From: Promethearchaeota archaeon
Lineage (GTDB): Archaea > Asgardarchaeota > Odinarchaeia > Odinarchaeales > JBHLKK01
Direction: 5' to 3'
Assembly (NCBI GenBank): GCA_048939465.1
Contig: JBHLPL010000001.1
Coordinates: forward strand, 23,562-87,561
Length of the DNA stretch: 64,000 nt
Below, piece after piece: positions 31,565-40,074 of this stretch. Below the pieces are notes generated by a model that saw only the letters and a list, made by a program, of their open reading frames with translations, had not been told where the DNA came from and made no database searches. Position 1 is the first letter of the stretch. The number at the start of each line of letters is the position of its first letter. Position numbers and translations under genes: made by a program.

Positions 31565-32266
31565 TTGAGAGTGCTCAAGGCTGTTGCGACTGACATTGAC
31601 GGAACCATAACGTACGCTAACAAGCACCTAAGCTTCGAAGCAATAGATGAGATAAGACGACTCGAAGAAAACGGAATACCCGTTATCTTGGTAACCGGAC
31701 ATATGCTTTGTGTAGCCGGGGCTTTAAGCGAATATATCGGGACTTCTGGTCCGCTAGTATGCGAAAATGGCTCCATTGTGACTTCGAAGCGATGGAAAGC
31801 TCCGATGATTTTAGGATCCAGAAGGAAGACAGATGAAGCTCTTGCCGTCTTAAAAAGGGAATTAGGGAAGCAAGTAGAAGTGAAACCTCACATAGATTAC
31901 CGTGTAGTTGATATCTCTCTACAAAGAACTTTTGATGTAAACAAGGGAAATCTGATTCTGGAGAAATACAAGTTGGGGGTGTACCTCACTGACAGCGGCT
32001 ATGCAATACACATTACGGACAGTGATGTGAATAAGGCCAAGGGCTTGAGGAAAGCTGCTGAAATGATAGATATTGAGACTAGTGAAATCGCTGGCATTGG
32101 AGACGGCAAAAACGATATCCCCCTGCTTGAGGAAACCGGATACAGTATAGCTTTAAACAACGCTCCTGAAGAGCTAAAAAGGTTTGCGGACTACGTTACA
32201 AGAAATAGCTACGGAAAAGGATTTGCTGAAGCCGTAAACCATCTAAGGCAAAATCGCCTAATATGA
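31565..32266 (+). CDS. HAD-superfamily phosphatase (archaeal phosphoglycolate phosphatase/Cof-like)
   Basis: motif I ATDIDGTIT (DxDGT); motif IV GIGDGKNDIPLL; likely TTG start. Confidence 0.7.
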   Translation: MRVLKAVATDIDGTITYANKHLSFEAIDEIRRLEENGIPVILVTGHMLCVAGALSEYIGTSGPLVCENGSIVTSKRWKAPMILGSRRKTDEALAVLKRELGKQVEVKPHIDYRVVDISLQRTFDVNKGNLILEKYKLGVYLTDSGYAIHITDSDVNKAKGLRKAAEMIDIETSEIAGIGDGKNDIPLLEETGYSIALNNAPEELKRFADYVTRNSYGKGFAEAVNHLRQNRLI

Positions 32267-32336
32267 GCCAATATTGCGAACATAGGCAACAATACGCCAA
32301 CTCAAAAAAATGAGAATGAGAATCAATCATGAACTC

Positions 32337-32744
32337 TCAAATGATCTTATTAATCTCTCTTGCGGCCCTGTCAGCTGCAATATATGCTGTTTGTGGAGAG
32401 CCTTGGCTTGTAATATAGCACATAAATAGTGCTTTTTGTCCTACGGCCGCAACAACTAAGTGCCCCATACCTTTCATGTTGGTTGCAATGAACCTATCTT
32501 GAGTAGCATTGATTGTTGAATACTTTATGCCCTGAACTACAACACTGGGCGTTTTGTTTGTAAAAGCTGAAACAATATCGGGTCCTTGAACTGTCCAGTT
32601 TTGTGTTTGGTGGATTATTCCCCCATTCATGCCAACTAATGCTGTGGCTGTTATGTTTGGATCAGACTGCATCAGGTTACTAGATATAGACGCAACATCT
32701 GCCATTATTATACCTCCGAGACCTTTCAGCTGTTTCGTTCTCAA
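32337..32744 (-). CDS. profilin
   Basis: 135 aa; alignable block-by-block to eukaryotic profilin: ATALVGMNGGIIHQTQNW ~ AAAIVGHDGSVWAQSASF; VVVQGIKYSTINATQDRFIATNMKGMGHLVVAAVGQKALFMCY ~ [42 protein letters not shown]; C-terminal helix. Confidence 0.6.
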   Translation of the reverse strand: MRTKQLKGLGGIIMADVASISSNLMQSDPNITATALVGMNGGIIHQTQNWTVQGPDIVSAFTNKTPSVVVQGIKYSTINATQDRFIATNMKGMGHLVVAAVGQKALFMCYITSQGSPQTAYIAADRAAREINKII

Positions 32745-32777
32745 TTGAATATAATCTCTCTTTAGTCATTTAAGTTT

Positions 32778-33245
32778 TTGGCAAGTTGCAAAGGGGTAAA
32801 ATATTGTTTGGCCAACAGTCCTTCTGAGAAGTTCAATCTGCCGAATAACTTACAAAATGGAAAGACATGTTCCGTGAGACTTATAAGAAACCAGGAAACA
32901 GATTGCTCAACGAGGGCAGCTATCTTGCAGGAAAGTCAGGAGATTGAAAAACGAGAAGAAGAGAAAACAAGTCCAATATCGGTACTTTCTTTTATTCTCT
33001 TCTGCGCCGTTGTAGTCTATCTGCTTCAAGCTCAGTATATTGGATTATTCCCTTTCCGACCATTAGATTTTCCTGACCGAGGCACCATGTTGATCTCCCC
33101 ATCTGGTCTCTATCTGATATATTGGGTCGGCATGATGGGATTGCTTTTGGGGCTTTATAGGGAAACAAAGGATAAACTGCTTCTCGGAGTGGTATTCTTC
33201 TTTGCGTCTCTGATATTCCTTTTCATCCTAATCTCCACATTATGA
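32778..33245 (+). CDS. hypothetical small membrane protein (start uncertain)
   Basis: C-terminal half has 3 hydrophobic helices; N-terminal part may be untranslated. Confidence 0.3.
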   Translation: MASCKGVKYCLANSPSEKFNLPNNLQNGKTCSVRLIRNQETDCSTRAAILQESQEIEKREEEKTSPISVLSFILFCAVVVYLLQAQYIGLFPFRPLDFPDRGTMLISPSGLYLIYWVGMMGLLLGLYRETKDKLLLGVVFFFASLIFLFILISTL

Positions 33246-33316
33246 CAGCTGAAGCTGATAATAACGCAACCTTAAAACGTTAGGCCTTATTAGTAAAAAG
33301 ACGGGATGGATAAAAC

Positions 33317-34276
33317 ATGACTCTTGAAGAAATGATCCTCAAGAAAAGATTGAAATATATTCTGTTTGGAGGAAAAGGCGGTGTGGGGAAAACAACCGCT
33401 GCTGCTGCGTGCTCAGTATGGGCCGCTCAACAAGGAAGAGAGACACTCATAATAAGCACCGATCCTGCACATAGCTTATCGGACAGCCTAGCTCAGGATC
33501 TAAGTGGCGGAGACATCAAAGAAGTTCGAGGGGTACCTGATCTTTATGGATTGGAGGTGAATCCTCAAAAGGAGTTCTCAAAATATCAAAAAAGCCTTGA
33601 GTCGGCTTCTGATTCTTCTGAAATCGCAGGTATCCCGGGTTCTGAATTACTTGAGGATTTGGGAGGACTTACCCCACCAGGTGCAGATGAGGCCCTAGCA
33701 TTTGCAAAAGTGCTAGAATTCATCGAAAAAAGTGAGCACGACCTCATCATATTTGATACAGCACCCACGGGTCACACCCTGCGCCTACTGAGTCTGCCCG
33801 ACCTCCTGAATAGCTTCTTTGGCAAACTTCTCACTTTTAGGCTCAGGCTGTCCAGAGTCTGGGGAAGGATTAAGAGACTCTTTGGCCGAGGGGAGGAAGA
33901 GGAGGACAGGACTCTTGAGACTTTAGAAAGACTTAAAACCACCATTGATGCGGCTGGCAAAGAACTCAAGGACGAAACGAAGACAAACTTCGTCATAGTC
34001 ATGATTCCCGAACTCATGGCTATCTATGAGACTGAGAGGCTGCTTTCGGCATTGTACGAATACGAGATTCCTGCAAGTTTTATTCTTGTAAATATGGTCT
34101 ATCCAGATATACCAGATTGTTGGTTCTGTAAGTCCAGAAAATCGATGCAGGATAAACATCTGAAGGAGATTAGAGAACTTTACGACGAGTTTACGATCAT
34201 AGAGATTCCCTTGGCTGAAACAGAGATTCGAGGAATAGAAGGATTAGAAAGGATCGGCAAAATCCTTTTCATCTAA
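33317..34276 (+). CDS. Get3/ArsA-family ATPase (tail-anchored-protein targeting factor homolog)
   Basis: P-loop GGKGGVGKTT; A-loop/switch DTAPTGHTLRLL; conserved CxxC pair (DIPDCWFCKSR) characteristic of Get3 dimer zinc site; single ATPase domain (319 aa). Confidence 0.8.
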   Translation: MTLEEMILKKRLKYILFGGKGGVGKTTAAAACSVWAAQQGRETLIISTDPAHSLSDSLAQDLSGGDIKEVRGVPDLYGLEVNPQKEFSKYQKSLESASDSSEIAGIPGSELLEDLGGLTPPGADEALAFAKVLEFIEKSEHDLIIFDTAPTGHTLRLLSLPDLLNSFFGKLLTFRLRLSRVWGRIKRLFGRGEEEEDRTLETLERLKTTIDAAGKELKDETKTNFVIVMIPELMAIYETERLLSALYEYEIPASFILVNMVYPDIPDCWFCKSRKSMQDKHLKEIRELYDEFTIIEIPLAETEIRGIEGLERIGKILFI

Positions 34277-34301
34277 TTTACTCTTTGAAAGGGGATGTGA
34301 A

Positions 34302-34712
34302 TTGACTGTATACACTAAATCGTTTGAAGTCAAGACAAAGAACCGTATAGAATGGGTTGACATCACAGAAAGCATCAGAGATATTGTTAAGAGTTCAAAT
34401 ATTCTGAATGGGACTGTCGCTATCTTCACAAAACACACGACCACAGGGATCACGATTAATGAGCATGAAAGCGGCCTACTCCATGATTTACGCTCCAAAC
34501 TTTCCGAACTCATTCCACGAGGAGCTGGTTATCTCCATGACAGGGTCGATGACAATGCTGACTCTCATCTTAAGTGTTCGATACTGGGAAATTCGGCAAG
34601 TGTACCTTTGGTTGACGGGTCCCCCGCCCTAGGTACGTGGCAATCTGTCCTATTTGGAGAGTTTGATGGGCCAAGAACTCGAACTGTTTTGGTCGTTGTT
34701 TCTGGAGATTAA
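34302..34712 (+). CDS. YjbQ/UPF0047 family protein (secondary thiamine-phosphate synthase-like)
   Basis: 136 aa; WVDITESIRDIV, TKHTTTGITINEHESGLLHDL, HLKCSILGNSASVPLVDG match UPF0047. Confidence 0.7.
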   Translation: MTVYTKSFEVKTKNRIEWVDITESIRDIVKSSNILNGTVAIFTKHTTTGITINEHESGLLHDLRSKLSELIPRGAGYLHDRVDDNADSHLKCSILGNSASVPLVDGSPALGTWQSVLFGEFDGPRTRTVLVVVSGD

Positions 34713-34715
34713 GAA

Positions 34716-35951
34716 CTAAGACTTGATTCCATGTATCGGAAAAACATCATCTTTAATTCTCTTGACCATTTTCTTTGTGTAACCAAATATGGCTCTCCGC
34801 ATGCTGGGGCTCACTTTCATGGTCGGCGTATATTGGTCAAATATTGTTTCTGGAGCTTCCTCTCCTGTCAATTCTCTGTACTCTTCACGCCAGGTGGCAG
34901 GAGCTGCTTTTGGAATAGCTGTTTCAGAAACTACAGAAACTATAATCGTCCAGACTCTTGTGGTTGCATTAATACTATAGCCGCCGCCGCCCGTTGCCAA
35001 ATACCTACCCTTTGAATGTTTATGTGCCAGGAAATGCATTGTTGCAGCAATCTCTGCATAGGCTGTTGTGGTAAGCCCTAGGTGAGCAAGCCTATCCAAG
35101 AAGTGCGCATCAGCACCGCACTGATGTACGATTACTTCCGGTTTGAATGCATCAACAAGGGGCGGAACGATTTCTCTAAACGCGTAGAGATACTCCTTAT
35201 TTGAAGTGTAGGGTTGAAGGGGAACATTCACTGAATAACCCTTCGCGTCACTCTCTCCAATATCATCGACAAAGCCTGTGCCTGGAAAAATATAGCTTCC
35301 GCTTTCATGAAGTGATATTTTCAATACTTGTGGGTTCGAGTTGAATATTCTTTGAACACCATCAGCGTGATGCGCATCTATGTCTAGATATAGAACCCGC
35401 GATATGTTGAATTTCTCAATTAAATACTGAATTGCGATCGCCACGTCATTAAAAATACAGAATCCTGATGCCTGTTCTCTTGAAGCGTGATGGAACCCAC
35501 CACCTGGATTCCACGCGTAATCGACTTCCCCGTCCATGATTAGATCAGCTGCCTTAAGTGTTGCCCCCACAGCCATCTTCCCGGCTTCATACATCCCCTT
35601 GAAAGCAGGCGTATCTCCCGTATCTAGGTAGCCCGTTCCGGAGAGACTGCCTTTGCGAATTCTCTCTATATACCTCTTACTGTGGACAAGTTCTATCTCT
35701 TCGTCAGTTGCAATTCTTGGCTCGTATAAGAAGATTCTTGGCTCATATAGGAAGACATCCGATCTTTCGAATCCTCCAATCTCCCTAAAGAGCTTATAAT
35801 GAAGTGGTATTCTCACTTGGTTTAACGGATGTAGTTTTCCGAAATCGTATTTTACAAAATCATCGCTGTAAATGAACGCGGTCTTATCACGCATTGTCTT
35901 TTCTTCAATTTTGTCGCTGTCGATGAAGGCTTTATTATACATATTCTTCAC
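34716..35951 (-). CDS. histone deacetylase-family enzyme (HDAC/AcuC/acetylpolyamine amidohydrolase-like)
   Basis: GGGFHHA, charge-relay DIDAHHADG, zinc ligands; contains an in-frame 7-aa tandem repeat FLYEPRI-FLYEPRI. Confidence 0.85.
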   Translation of the reverse strand: MKNMYNKAFIDSDKIEEKTMRDKTAFIYSDDFVKYDFGKLHPLNQVRIPLHYKLFREIGGFERSDVFLYEPRIFLYEPRIATDEEIELVHSKRYIERIRKGSLSGTGYLDTGDTPAFKGMYEAGKMAVGATLKAADLIMDGEVDYAWNPGGGFHHASREQASGFCIFNDVAIAIQYLIEKFNISRVLYLDIDAHHADGVQRIFNSNPQVLKISLHESGSYIFPGTGFVDDIGESDAKGYSVNVPLQPYTSNKEYLYAFREIVPPLVDAFKPEVIVHQCGADAHFLDRLAHLGLTTTAYAEIAATMHFLAHKHSKGRYLATGGGGYSINATTRVWTIIVSVVSETAIPKAAPATWREEYRELTGEEAPETIFDQYTPTMKVSPSMRRAIFGYTKKMVKRIKDDVFPIHGIKS

Positions 35952-36078
35952 TTTTCCATGATGAACCGATTCTACTCTCCACTTGAATGGATATAAACCC
36001 GCTGATTTGAATCACAATGCTAAATTGACAGAAAAAACTTATCAACCTTTGTGTCGAAACATTTCTTGAGGTAATAAG

Positions 36079-36864
36079 ATGAAGTGTCCCCGATGCGATT
36101 ATGAGATTTCAGCAGATCAATTAACATGCCCGCAATGTGGTTTTAGAATGACGATTGAAAAACTTGAACGCGTAATTCCCTTGCTTAGACGCCCCGTTAG
36201 AACAACTGTAGAACCGTTATCTACCCTGCAGAGACTGAAAGGGACGTTCATTTCTCCAGCTTTGACCTTCTGGAACATTTCCAAAATCCCTGACAAAAAG
36301 GGATTCTTGTTCATTTTATTCTTCAATGCACTCCTTATTTCTCTCAATTACCCCATCTTATGGACGCACATAAATGTAATAGGATCTGAAACCTTCGTCG
36401 GAATTGTAAGTCTCCACATATGGGGGAGCTTTATTGGCTTGTTTCTATCTGGCCTTGGCATATTATTGCTCGCGTGGATTCTGATCGTTTTTGCATTCTG
36501 GACAATCTCCAGAGTGACTGGAGGAAAAGGATCATATCGAGCAACCTTTCTGGTCACAAGCTATGCCTTTGCCCCTCTTATAATCGCAAGGTTAATTTCT
36601 CTGGTTGTCTTGGCAGGTGGACTCCCAAGCGTTACCATTACCGAAGCCATGGCTCCTGGAGAATTGGGCACAGCACTGATACCTTTACTCAATTCTGTAG
36701 TCTGGACTTATTCCCTTGGTGTTGAGACTTTCTTTTGGCTTTGGTCTGCACTGCTTTCTTCATTGGCAATAAGAGAAACTCAGAATACGTCAACTCTCAA
36801 AGCGGTAGTAATGGCTTACGCTGTTATCATATGCTCTCTACTAATACTTTGGACAATTCATTGA
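36079..36864 (+). CDS. zinc-ribbon-containing polytopic membrane protein (possibly Yip1-like)
   Basis: N-terminal CPRCDYEISADQLTCPQCGF zinc ribbon followed by ~5 TM helices; family assignment tentative. Confidence 0.35.
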   Translation: MKCPRCDYEISADQLTCPQCGFRMTIEKLERVIPLLRRPVRTTVEPLSTLQRLKGTFISPALTFWNISKIPDKKGFLFILFFNALLISLNYPILWTHINVIGSETFVGIVSLHIWGSFIGLFLSGLGILLLAWILIVFAFWTISRVTGGKGSYRATFLVTSYAFAPLIIARLISLVVLAGGLPSVTITEAMAPGELGTALIPLLNSVVWTYSLGVETFFWLWSALLSSLAIRETQNTSTLKAVVMAYAVIICSLLILWTIH

Positions 36865-36931
36865 AGATAGGTCTGGGAACTGGCTTGGTCCATATTTGAA
36901 AGTCCTGTAATCTCTGAAGGGCTCAAGTAGG

Positions 36932-37954
36932 TCATCGGATCATCACTATGAGTTTGATGGGACTGGCCAGATTCTTATCATTAACAAAAATGAGATCTCC
37001 TTCTTTCACTCCGGTATCTTTCAATACGATGCTATCCGGGACAATCTTGCCCTCGATAATAATCTCAGGATTCTGAAGGCCATAGGTCATTATCAGCCTG
37101 TTTTTTAATTCTTGAATGGGTTCTTCCAGGTTCACGACATATTTGACGCCTACGGTGCGGTACTTAGGACTGCAAACAACACAGCTCGGATTACGGACAA
37201 GCCTAATCTTTGTAAAAGACTGGCTCAATCCATCGTAAAATAGATAGTTGTCAAGCAGATCCTTGCGTTCTAAAATAATCTTTAGCGTTTCTTGTGCTTG
37301 GATTCCTCCGACTACTGTAGTTGTTGTGGAAATCATTGGAAATTTCTCCTTCTCTTGCTCTTTCTCTTTTCGCGCCTCTCCAGGAAGAGTACAGGCCTTC
37401 TGTAATCTTTCTTTTGGTATCAATGGTTGGCATTCCAGGCAGGGCGTTTCAAAGGGGATGATTACCTGAACGTTCCCCCACCAGCCAAATAATCCTCCAT
37501 GAATTAGAGGCTTATTCAAGTGAACACACATGGAATTCAGCCATCTGCGTGCCTCAAAAGTATCTAAGCCTTCCACGATGACCGAACTTCTCTGGTAGAC
37601 TTCTTTATCTATCGACCGCATATCCTTCATATAGGTACTTACCTTGACTTCCGGATTGAGTTTCTCAAGGAATTCCTCAGCAGCCTCCACTTTCAATCTT
37701 CCAATATCTTCTTCTCTGAAAAGTATTTGTCGGTTCAAATTCGAAAGCTCAATTGTGTCGTTGTCTATAAGAATCAACTTTCCTATTCCCATCAACGCCA
37801 GATCAAGAGCAACTACCGAGCCTAAAGCCCCCACTCCTACGACCAAAACCGTTGAATTGCGAATCAATCCTTGGTCCCATTCTTCGAGAAGTTCCTGTCT
37901 ATGATAACGACCTTCTCCTTCTTTCAAGCCTGCCCCCTCCTGAGGTGTTTCCAA
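36932..37954 (-). CDS. ubiquitin-activating E1-like enzyme (ThiF/MoeB/UBA family) with C-terminal beta-grasp-like extension
   Basis: Rossmann nucleotide motif VLVVGVGALGSVVALDLALMGIGKLILIDNDTIELSNLNRQ; catalytic region; two CxxC zinc pairs (TPCLECQ, PSCVVCSP); ~90-aa C-terminal extra domain. Confidence 0.8.
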   Translation of the reverse strand: METPQEGAGLKEGEGRYHRQELLEEWDQGLIRNSTVLVVGVGALGSVVALDLALMGIGKLILIDNDTIELSNLNRQILFREEDIGRLKVEAAEEFLEKLNPEVKVSTYMKDMRSIDKEVYQRSSVIVEGLDTFEARRWLNSMCVHLNKPLIHGGLFGWWGNVQVIIPFETPCLECQPLIPKERLQKACTLPGEARKEKEQEKEKFPMISTTTTVVGGIQAQETLKIILERKDLLDNYLFYDGLSQSFTKIRLVRNPSCVVCSPKYRTVGVKYVVNLEEPIQELKNRLIMTYGLQNPEIIIEGKIVPDSIVLKDTGVKEGDLIFVNDKNLASPIKLIVMIR

Positions 37955-38364
37955 GTAGCATACCTTTTGATATACTCTTTTACTTTCTCCTTGAATTCTC
38001 TTGGCGACTCACGCATTTCCTTTGCAGCCACTCGATTCAGAGGGTCGTGAGGGTTGGGAAAGCTCAGGACGTTTCTTATGGCCTCGATTACGCCAACTAA
38101 ATTTATGCTTGGAGACCAATCTTTCCCCAGAATGCCCAGACATATTCTTCCCTCCCTGGTGATATTTGGATGCCAAATTGGAGTCAAGAACCGAGCTTTG
38201 GGAGGTTTAAATGGATAGCTTCTGTCTACTTCTAACTCGATTTGGAAGACCCCTCCATCGTAAACACTGGTACCTAGAATGAATCCACGCCATTTTGTGA
38301 GGTCTCCACTTAGCGGTTGAAATGAAGGTTCCTCCTCCTCTATGCTCTTAGCTTCAAGTGCCAA
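37924..38364 (-). CDS. ubiquitin-conjugating enzyme E2 (UBC fold, catalytic Cys present)
   Basis: FKPPKARFLTPIWHPNITREGRICLGILGKDWSPSINL: canonical HPN motif and active-site Cys; overlaps E1 by 31 nt. Confidence 0.8.
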   Translation of the reverse strand: MALEAKSIEEEEPSFQPLSGDLTKWRGFILGTSVYDGGVFQIELEVDRSYPFKPPKARFLTPIWHPNITREGRICLGILGKDWSPSINLVGVIEAIRNVLSFPNPHDPLNRVAAKEMRESPREFKEKVKEYIKRYATWKHLRRGQA

Positions 38365-38540
38365 GCGCTCTAAGAATGCCTCTCTGTCTAAAATCTTTCC
38401 ATACCTCCCTCTGAATATGTAAAATCACAAAGAAATAAGTATGTGAAAAATATTAAAACCTTATAGTTCAGGATCGATCCTCCTGAATGATACGGCCTTC
38501 TATCCTCCAGATGAAAGATCCTAAGCGAAATAGAAAGTAT

Positions 38541-38783
38541 TTAAGGATCTCCTCCTTCGGTTCTAGTAATAAGATACACCTTATCTCTTTCGACGCACCC
38601 TGCTTCTTTAAGTGTCGTACTATCCAGCTGTTCCATACCTTTGAATGCAAGGACAAAGGTTGCTTCTGGTATACGTCTCTGTCTGGCAATTATTCTCTTG
38701 AGTTCACCGAATGAAATATTAGGCGCCACATCAAGTGTGGTCTTCATTCCACCAATTGCAGAGACAATCTCTACCTCCATCAT
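38541..38783 (-). CDS. ubiquitin-like beta-grasp protein with C-terminal GG-DP (pro-ubiquitin)
   Basis: alignable to ubiquitin over its length (MEVEIVSAIGGMKTTLDVAPNISFGELKRIIARQRRIPEATFVLAFKGMEQLDSTTLKEAG..LITRTEGG) and ends ..TEGGDP. Confidence 0.65.
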   Translation of the reverse strand: MMEVEIVSAIGGMKTTLDVAPNISFGELKRIIARQRRIPEATFVLAFKGMEQLDSTTLKEAGCVERDKVYLITRTEGGDP

Positions 38784-38798
38784 AAATCACCCCAATTA

Positions 38799-39038
38799 CT
38801 ATTTTACCATAAGATGTCTAGTGGAGAGTTTTCTTTTGCAGAAGGGACATTGGCCCTTCGTCTTAACCCATTCCAGCAGTTCAATCTTGTGAGCTTGGCT
38901 TCCGCAGTATGGACAGTATATTGTCTTCTCGCCGGGTCTTATTGGCAGAAGGCAAACGATGCACCTTTCTGGCTCCCAAAGCCACTCTCCTAAGACTCTA
39001 ACTTGCTTTATTACGAATCTGTCAGCTGCCTTCGACAT
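38799..39038 (-). CDS. Cys-rich RING-like zinc-finger protein (candidate E3)
   Basis: CIVCLLPIRPGEKTIYCPYCGSQAHKIELLEWVKTKGQCPFCK: CxxC-x12-CxxC-x4-H-x15-CxxC; paralogous to N-terminus of the next gene. Confidence 0.5.
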   Translation of the reverse strand: MSKAADRFVIKQVRVLGEWLWEPERCIVCLLPIRPGEKTIYCPYCGSQAHKIELLEWVKTKGQCPFCKRKLSTRHLMVK

Positions 39039-39181
39039 TTAGTATCTCCAAAGAAGATTAATTAAGAACACTATTAAATACTTTTGCGAATGCCCCCACT
39101 CGGGGCAGTTCAGACTCTTTGCTCTGAATTGATCATCTCCTACAGCCTTGGAATTGCAGATTAGTCGAAAAACCAACAGAG

Positions 39182-39913
39182 CTAACCCCCCAAAACCTCT
39201 TCAAACATATCAAGCAAAACATAGCGAGTTGAGGGATCAATGGCAACAGTTCCATAAGTTGGCACACCCAATAGTCTTCCCACAAGTTCTGGGTCCAATG
39301 AGTGGGGAAGGTCTTGTTTGTTTGCAATTGCAACAACCTTTGCATCAGGAACACGTTCTTGGACGAGGCTCATGATTCTCTTCCTGGTCCTGGCTACACT
39401 CGTTACAGACGAGTCCGTAACAACGATGATAATATCTGAGCCCCTGATCATTACGTCCCAGAATCGACCAAATCGTTCTTGTCCAGCGAAATCCCACACG
39501 ATCACTTTTACTGGCGTTTCCACCCCTTCGAGATTTTTGATATTGACCATTAGGGTAGGAGTATGGTTTATGGGAACTTCTTCATCAAAAAGCAATTTCA
39601 GCAGTGTTGTCTTGCCTGCACCGCCAAATCCCAAAAAGGAGACCTTAATGATCCTCATTAGCTGGCTTACGGAAAGTCTCATCTTACAGAAGGGACATTT
39701 ACCTTTGGTCTTAACCCATTCAAGTATTTCTCTTCTGTGAGCAATACATCCACAGTTTGGGCAGTCTATTGTCTTATCGTTAGGTCCTATTGGCAGAAGG
39801 CATACTATGCAATTCTTCGCTCCCACTTTTTCCACCCAGTCTTCCGATCTGTGGATATTGCAGAGCGTCAAATCGATTAGGAAATCCTGTCTCTCTTCAC
39901 TGGGCCACCTCAA
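39182..39913 (-). CDS. RING-like zinc finger fused to small GTPase
   Basis: N-terminal CIVCLLPIGPNDKTIDCPNCGCIAHRREILEWVKTKGKCPFCK; GTPase G1 GFGGAGKTTL, G3 WDFAGQERF, G4 ANKQDL. Confidence 0.7.
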   Translation of the reverse strand: MRWPSEERQDFLIDLTLCNIHRSEDWVEKVGAKNCIVCLLPIGPNDKTIDCPNCGCIAHRREILEWVKTKGKCPFCKMRLSVSQLMRIIKVSFLGFGGAGKTTLLKLLFDEEVPINHTPTLMVNIKNLEGVETPVKVIVWDFAGQERFGRFWDVMIRGSDIIIVVTDSSVTSVARTRKRIMSLVQERVPDAKVVAIANKQDLPHSLDPELVGRLLGVPTYGTVAIDPSTRYVLLDMFEEVLGG

Positions 39914-40074
39914 ATCTTACAAGATTTTGTAGCCTAACTACATAATTGACACTTGTAGTATAAAAGATTTGTGATGCGCTATTAATTCACAGCAAAGAAG
40001 TGTGTAAAACACGGTAACCCGCGGTTTCTTTGTTTAGAGTGAGTTGAAGGTACGATTAAATCTCCTTTGAGTAA

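Noticed and set aside
38468-38689. 73-aa minus-strand ORF overlapping the ubiquitin-like gene
   Set aside because: Out-of-frame overlap with the well-supported beta-grasp ORF; no motifs
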